NCBI RefSeq assembly: GCF_004010195.1
Contig: NC_057759.1
Location: 662,236-717,453 of the forward strand
Length of the DNA: 55,218 bases
Direction of reading: 5' to 3'
DNA from: Chiloscyllium plagiosum
Taxonomy: Eukaryota
The notes under the pieces were generated by a model. The model was not told the origin of the DNA and searched no databases. It saw only the letters and a program-made list of their open reading frames with translations. Positions within the stretch are counted from its first letter, which is position 1; the number at the start of each line of letters is the position of its first letter. This document shows, piece after piece, positions 50,269-55,218 of the stretch. The position numbers and the translations under genes were made by a program.

Positions 50269-51975
50269 TCCTGTACCATTTGTATCCTGGAACATTAAGC
50301 TGCCAATACTGCCCATGCCTGAGCCATGTTTCTGTAATTGCCATGATATCCCTGTCCCATCTTCCTAACCATGCCGAGTTCATCTGCCTACCCTGTTCGG
50401 CCCCTTGCATTGAAATAAATGCGGTTTAATTTATTAGTCCTACCTTGTCCCTGCGTGCTCTGACTGTTGACTCGCTTCTGTTCTCAACTGTATTAGTTTC
50501 AGATTGATCTCTTTCCTCACTATCTCCCTGGGTCCCACCACCCCATCTTACTAGTTTAAATCCTCCCGAGCAGCTCTATCAAATTTCCCTGCCAGTATAT
50601 TAGTCCCCTTCCAATTTAGGCACCATCCGTCCTTCTTGTACAGGTCACGTCTACCCCAAAAGAGATTTAAATGATCCAAAAATGTGAATCCTTCTCCCAT
50701 AAACCAGCTCCTCAGCCATGCATTCATCCGCTCTAACCTCCTATTCCTCCCCTCACTCACTCCGAGCACCGGGAGTAATCCAGATATTACTAGTCTCGAG
50801 GACCTCCTTTCTAAATTGCTACCTAACTCTCTATAATCTCTTTTCTGAATCTCAACCTTTTCCCTTCCTGTGTCATTAGTTGCAATGTGGACAATGACCT
50901 CTTGCTGACCCTTCTTCCCAGTGAAAAAAATCTGCACCCTTTCTGAGACATTCTTGATCCTGGCACCAGGGAAGCAACACACCATTATGCTTTATCGCTG
51001 CTGGCCACAGAAACGTCTGTCTGTACCTCGGACGACAGAATCGCCTAACACAATTGATCTCTTGGAACCCAACGTACCCCTCAATGCATTAGAGGCAGTC
51101 TCAATACCAGGAACTTGGCTGTGCGTGGTAGATTCGCTTGAGAATCCATCAACCTCTTAACCCATCTATGTGAATGTATCTGAGGCTTTCCCTCATTCCT
51201 ATAACTGCCATCCATCACATAGTGTTGCTGTTGCAAATTCCTCATTGCTTCTCACTGTCTCTCCAACCGATCCATTCGATCTGATAAGATTCGCAGCCTG
51301 TAGCATTTATGACAGATATAATCCGCAATAACTCTTAAACTCTCTTTAAAGTCCCTCATCTGACAAGAAGTACTTATCACTTTATTGAAGGCCATCTTTG
51401 CTGCTTCACAATCTACAGACGCAGAAAATTACACCGTCTTGTTCCTCTGCAAACACTACCCCAGGTTAAAATAATAGTTATGGCCTATATTTTAAGTTTA
51501 ATCAAGGGACATATCTCCAAAAGTACATATAATCAAGAAAGAACCCACTCTACCCCTTACTGCAGATTCTCTTTGGGCCACACTTAAAAACAACGTTTGA
51601 CTTATCTGATTCTCTACTGTGAACTTCGCCCAACAGTCCCTCCAAGTTCAGTTGTGAAGTTCACTGCTTGTTAATTTTCCCAGATGCACTCTGATGCCCG
51701 GCGATATATGGATTCAAACAACAAAGGCAGTAACTGTGCCGGTTCTCTCTCTCTTTCTCTCTCTCTTGCATGACCTCACCATGTGCTCTTCTCCCTTTTA
51801 ATACTGCTGCTCGCTTGACTTTTTTTTCCAAAGTTTCAAAACAATGCAACGGCACATAAAACAGTAATTCCTGTTCCTGGAAGTCGAAGAAATTACCTCT
51901 ACCACCTAAAATACCTAAAAAAAGGAGCAGCAGTTACAGCCAGAAATGTTTCCCGTCCTCCATCTTGGATTACCT
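50264..51975 (-). mobile_element. CR1 5' portion (5' UTR, ORF1 esterase, start of endonuclease) in inverted orientation
   Basis: MVCCFPGARIKNV...VIVHIATND...LYKKDG and DIMAITETWL...VPGYKWYRKD; a ct-rich 5' UTR. Confidence 0.9.
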
Positions 51976-52086
51976 TAATGAATAGGAAGGTTTTGGAGCG
52001 ATTAGAGCCAGGTGTTGGCAGGTGGGACTAGATTGAGTTGAATTATCTGATCGGCATTCTGGGCTGTACATCTCTATGACTGTATG
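51976..52086 (+). mobile_element. CR1 3' tail
   Basis: atgaataggaagg...ggcaggtgggactagattgagttg...gctgtacatctctatgactgtatg. Confidence 0.85.
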
Positions 52087-54760
52087 TGATATGGCATAAT
52101 GGAACGGCCTCTGGAAATCTAGTCGACGCATATATTGTTGTTTCAAATACTAATTCCCACTTTTTCTTTTATGCAGGCGTCCTACACAGTCAGTTAAGAC
52201 GATTGTAAAAGGTTGCTGAAATGCAGGAATAGATATCAAATTTGTGGGTTTGAATATTGCCTGTGGTTTTCCAATTAATTAATGTGCTTGACATATCTGC
52301 GAAAATTCAATTAAACCTTGTGCATTCCAGACCAATAAAAATGCGTTTTTATTTTAGCCTGAGTTTTTATCACTACAAAATGAACGTTTCCTCGTAGCTC
52401 ATGCGCCACTTGCAATACCTCCTTCCTGTAATCCACTGGCAATACGACTTTGATGAACTTCTGTTCATTTCTCATCTACCAGAATATGTGTTGGTTTCGA
52501 TTTTCTCAGTAAGACTTCATTTTTAAGATAGTAACATTTTGGGATGCTTTGAGATTCTATTATCATGTATGCGTTTTGATGCAATTGCTTTATATTTTCA
52601 TCTTTCTGCTGTAACTCAGTTAATTTATCTGTGCTAAAGATGTCTGTTTAGTCATGCTAAAGATGCTTGTTTGGTCATCTGTCTGCTCCTGGTTTGTGTC
52701 AATCATCTGATCAAACAAGATCTCTACTAATTCCACATTCTGCTCTGTACTCTTTTGATCTCTCCTGTTTCAACTAGTGACTTTGCAACCTCGTGACCAC
52801 CCAGTTAATAAAACTTCCAGGATATGTGTCCTTCAATAGTTCAGTTGCCTAAATTCAGCACTCCTACTTTGAATTAACCATATCATTAGAAAGGGCAAAT
52901 TATATTGTCGGAGCTGAGAGTTTGAGATCTAATAAGATCTCTCTACTCTTCACTGTTCAAATCTTCTCAAAACTCGCTTCACTGGACACTCAAAACTTCT
53001 TTTATGTAACTAAACGCTTCTCTCACTGTGAATTTCTTTTACTACTAAGTTTTCAGGTAATGGTCCTTCAGAGGTGCATATCTCCTTATCTTTCAACATC
53101 ATGGATTGAGAGGATCTTGTATCTCTTAATATTGCAGACTCGCTTCCTGCTGCCCCTGGCCTATGCGACTAAACTTTACCTTCGGAGTTGTATGGTTTAA
53201 GCAGATCTGACACTTCCTTCTCAACTAACCCCCGACCAGCTTGTACATTTTGGCACAGATTTCTAGCCTGAACTGTGCTGTCTGTTACTGCTCCAATAAA
53301 ATTCAGTGGCTTGTTCTGTTTTCTGAAATCTGGTTTCCCAGTCCTTTTCCTAACCCACCAACACTTTGATTTCATGTGGCCTACTTTCTGCAGTGAAAAC
53401 ATCAGAACTTTTAAATTCTCATTCTGCTTAAAGGGTTTCCTTTTTTTACCCTGTGGTAAGTTATCCTCATTGCCTTCACCAAGATCTGCTTTCCTGTTTC
53501 CCAGTGAAGATTTCTCTTTTCTCCAACTTCTATCCCTCACGGATTGCAATTGATTTTGGAAGCCAACTTTGATGTATGTACCAACTCAGAATCATCAGCC
53601 ATTTCAGCCGGTAATCTTGCTATTTTAACAGTCTGATCTTCCACGTGAGTTATTATTACTTCAAGAAGTGATTTTTGAAGTCCTCCAAAATAGTTCTTTC
53701 TAAGAACACCACATGTTTGCTCTATTTCAGTGCTCTCTTCCATTTATCAAAATTACTTTTTTTGGTTCATTCACACTCAATGTAAGTTTAACCAGAATCT
53801 GTCTTAGTTTCCTGAAACGTTGTCTGTAGTCTTCCTGCACAAGCTCATATGCATTTACCACGGTTTTCTTCACCTCCACGTCTGCTCCAGAAACCTCCTC
53901 TGATAAGGATGCGAATACCTCACTCGCTCTCCTACGAGTTTTATTTGGATCAACAAAACCTACATGGTCACTGAAAACCGAATTTGTAAAAATACCCTTT
54001 CATGTGACATAAAAAAGGCTTACACATTTTTGTCGTCAAATTTAAACAATGATTGAATATATTTAAACAGTTTCTCACCAGACCTTTGGCTACCATGGAT
54101 TTGCTCATCCTTACTCTCTTCCTCACTAAGCTTACCTTTAGCCTTCATCTCCATCCTTTTCAGCTGACTTAAGTGCTATGTTTTAAGTCCAAACTTTGTC
54201 TCTTTCTTCATTTCCTCTCTTTCTTATTCTCTGTCCTCACTCTCCTTCTGTCTCTCTTTCACTCATCTTTCTTCTCATCTTCTCATCTTCTCATCTTCTG
54301 ATTTTAATCGTAATGCCTTATTTTCTGTCTCATTCCTGCTTCACTTCGACTGAATTTTAAATATCTCTAGATTATGATCACGTTTCCTACAAATTTAAAC
54401 GCAGAGTTATGCTGTAACTTCCCTCACGAAAGGAGACAGTTCCACCTCCAGCTTCTCTGCTAATTCCAGCAGCTTGGCCTAAAACAGTTTTTGCAACTCG
54501 GAAAGTCACTTGTACCAGCCCCAGAAAACTTCTGATGTCTGAAAGAGTTATAGGTATCCCAAACACAGTTTAAACCAACCGAATTCAAAACACAGAGCAA
54601 AAAACACGAACAACTGCCAACAGGTTTTTGCAACTCGGACAGTCACTTGTACCAGCCTCAGAAAACTTCTGATGTCTGAAAGAGTTATAGGTATCCCAAA
54701 CACAGTTTAAACCAACCGAATTCAAAACACAGAGCAAAAAACACGAACAACTGCCAACAG
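52087..54760 (-). mobile_element. Gypsy (Gmr1-like) element: decayed gag (zinc knuckle), protease, integrase N-terminal half
   Basis: VGHMKSKCWW knuckle near 53370; AILRDTRSSQS (DTG-type protease) near 53105-53135; IPAFQQPFTIVLTDCVGRL and TRFPEAVPL near 52090-52235. Confidence 0.85.
54487..54760 (+). repeat. 137-bp tandem duplication
   Basis: gtttttgcaactcgga begins at 54487 and at 54624; copies are nearly identical. Confidence 0.93.
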
Positions 54761-55218
54761 GGTGGTTGTCATAGGAAATTTCAATTTTCGCAACAATGAC
54801 TGGAATTCACTTACTGTTAGACGAGTGAAACATAACTTGTAAGGAGCATCCAAGGAGGCTTTTCTAAAGGAGCATATAAATAGCCCAGTTTGGGGAGGGG
54901 CCATACAGGGTCTGGTGTTGGGAATTGAACAGTTCCACGTGTTTGAAGTCTCAGGAGGGGATTACGTTGGGAATAGTTATCACAATTCCATAAAGTTTAG
55001 CATACTCATGGACAAAGACAAGAATGGTCCGAAAGGAAGAGTGCTAAATTGGGAGATGGCCAAAATTCGGCAGGAGCTGTAAAATATAGATTGGGAGAAG
55101 CTGTTTGAAGGGAAATCCACATGCAATATATGAGACGCTTTGAAACAGAGGTTGATTAGAGTTCATGAGAGATATGTTCCTGTGAAAATAAGGGATAGAA
55201 ATGGCAAGATTAGGGAAC
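54761..55218 (+). mobile_element. CR1 ORF2 endonuclease fragment running off the window
   Basis: VVVIGNFNFRNNDW (GDFN motif) and GNSYHNSI (SDH motif). Confidence 0.85.

Overview
Repeat-dense eukaryotic genomic DNA with five N-gaps. The repeat families and the GPCR type point to a cartilaginous fish, most likely a shark (inference). The one clearly intact host coding segment is the large terminal exon (3862-4769, +) of a GPR139/GPR142-like class A GPCR; its first exon is not visible. About 500 bp downstream begins a ~5.8-kb, G-skewed, degenerate array of 38-bp units with higher-order structure. This array and ~2 kb of flank recur across a 500-N gap (5453-13101 vs 13602-21587). A second block is duplicated the same way (24718-28848 vs 29349-33905), so both may be uncollapsed haplotypes or true tandem duplications. 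The rest is mostly transposon debris: many CR1 LINE fragments and one near-full-length CR1, HE1-type SINEs, a second tRNA-SINE sharing its tail with a LINE, palindromic elements with decayed hammerhead-like cores, a Harbinger Myb/SANT relic, and a Gmr1-like Gypsy element split inside its integrase by a rearranged CR1. Several candidate exons sit between the repeats. The best is on the minus strand (36877-37030) and encodes two ITIM-like tyrosine motifs. Coordinates were read by eye and repeat boundaries are approximate.
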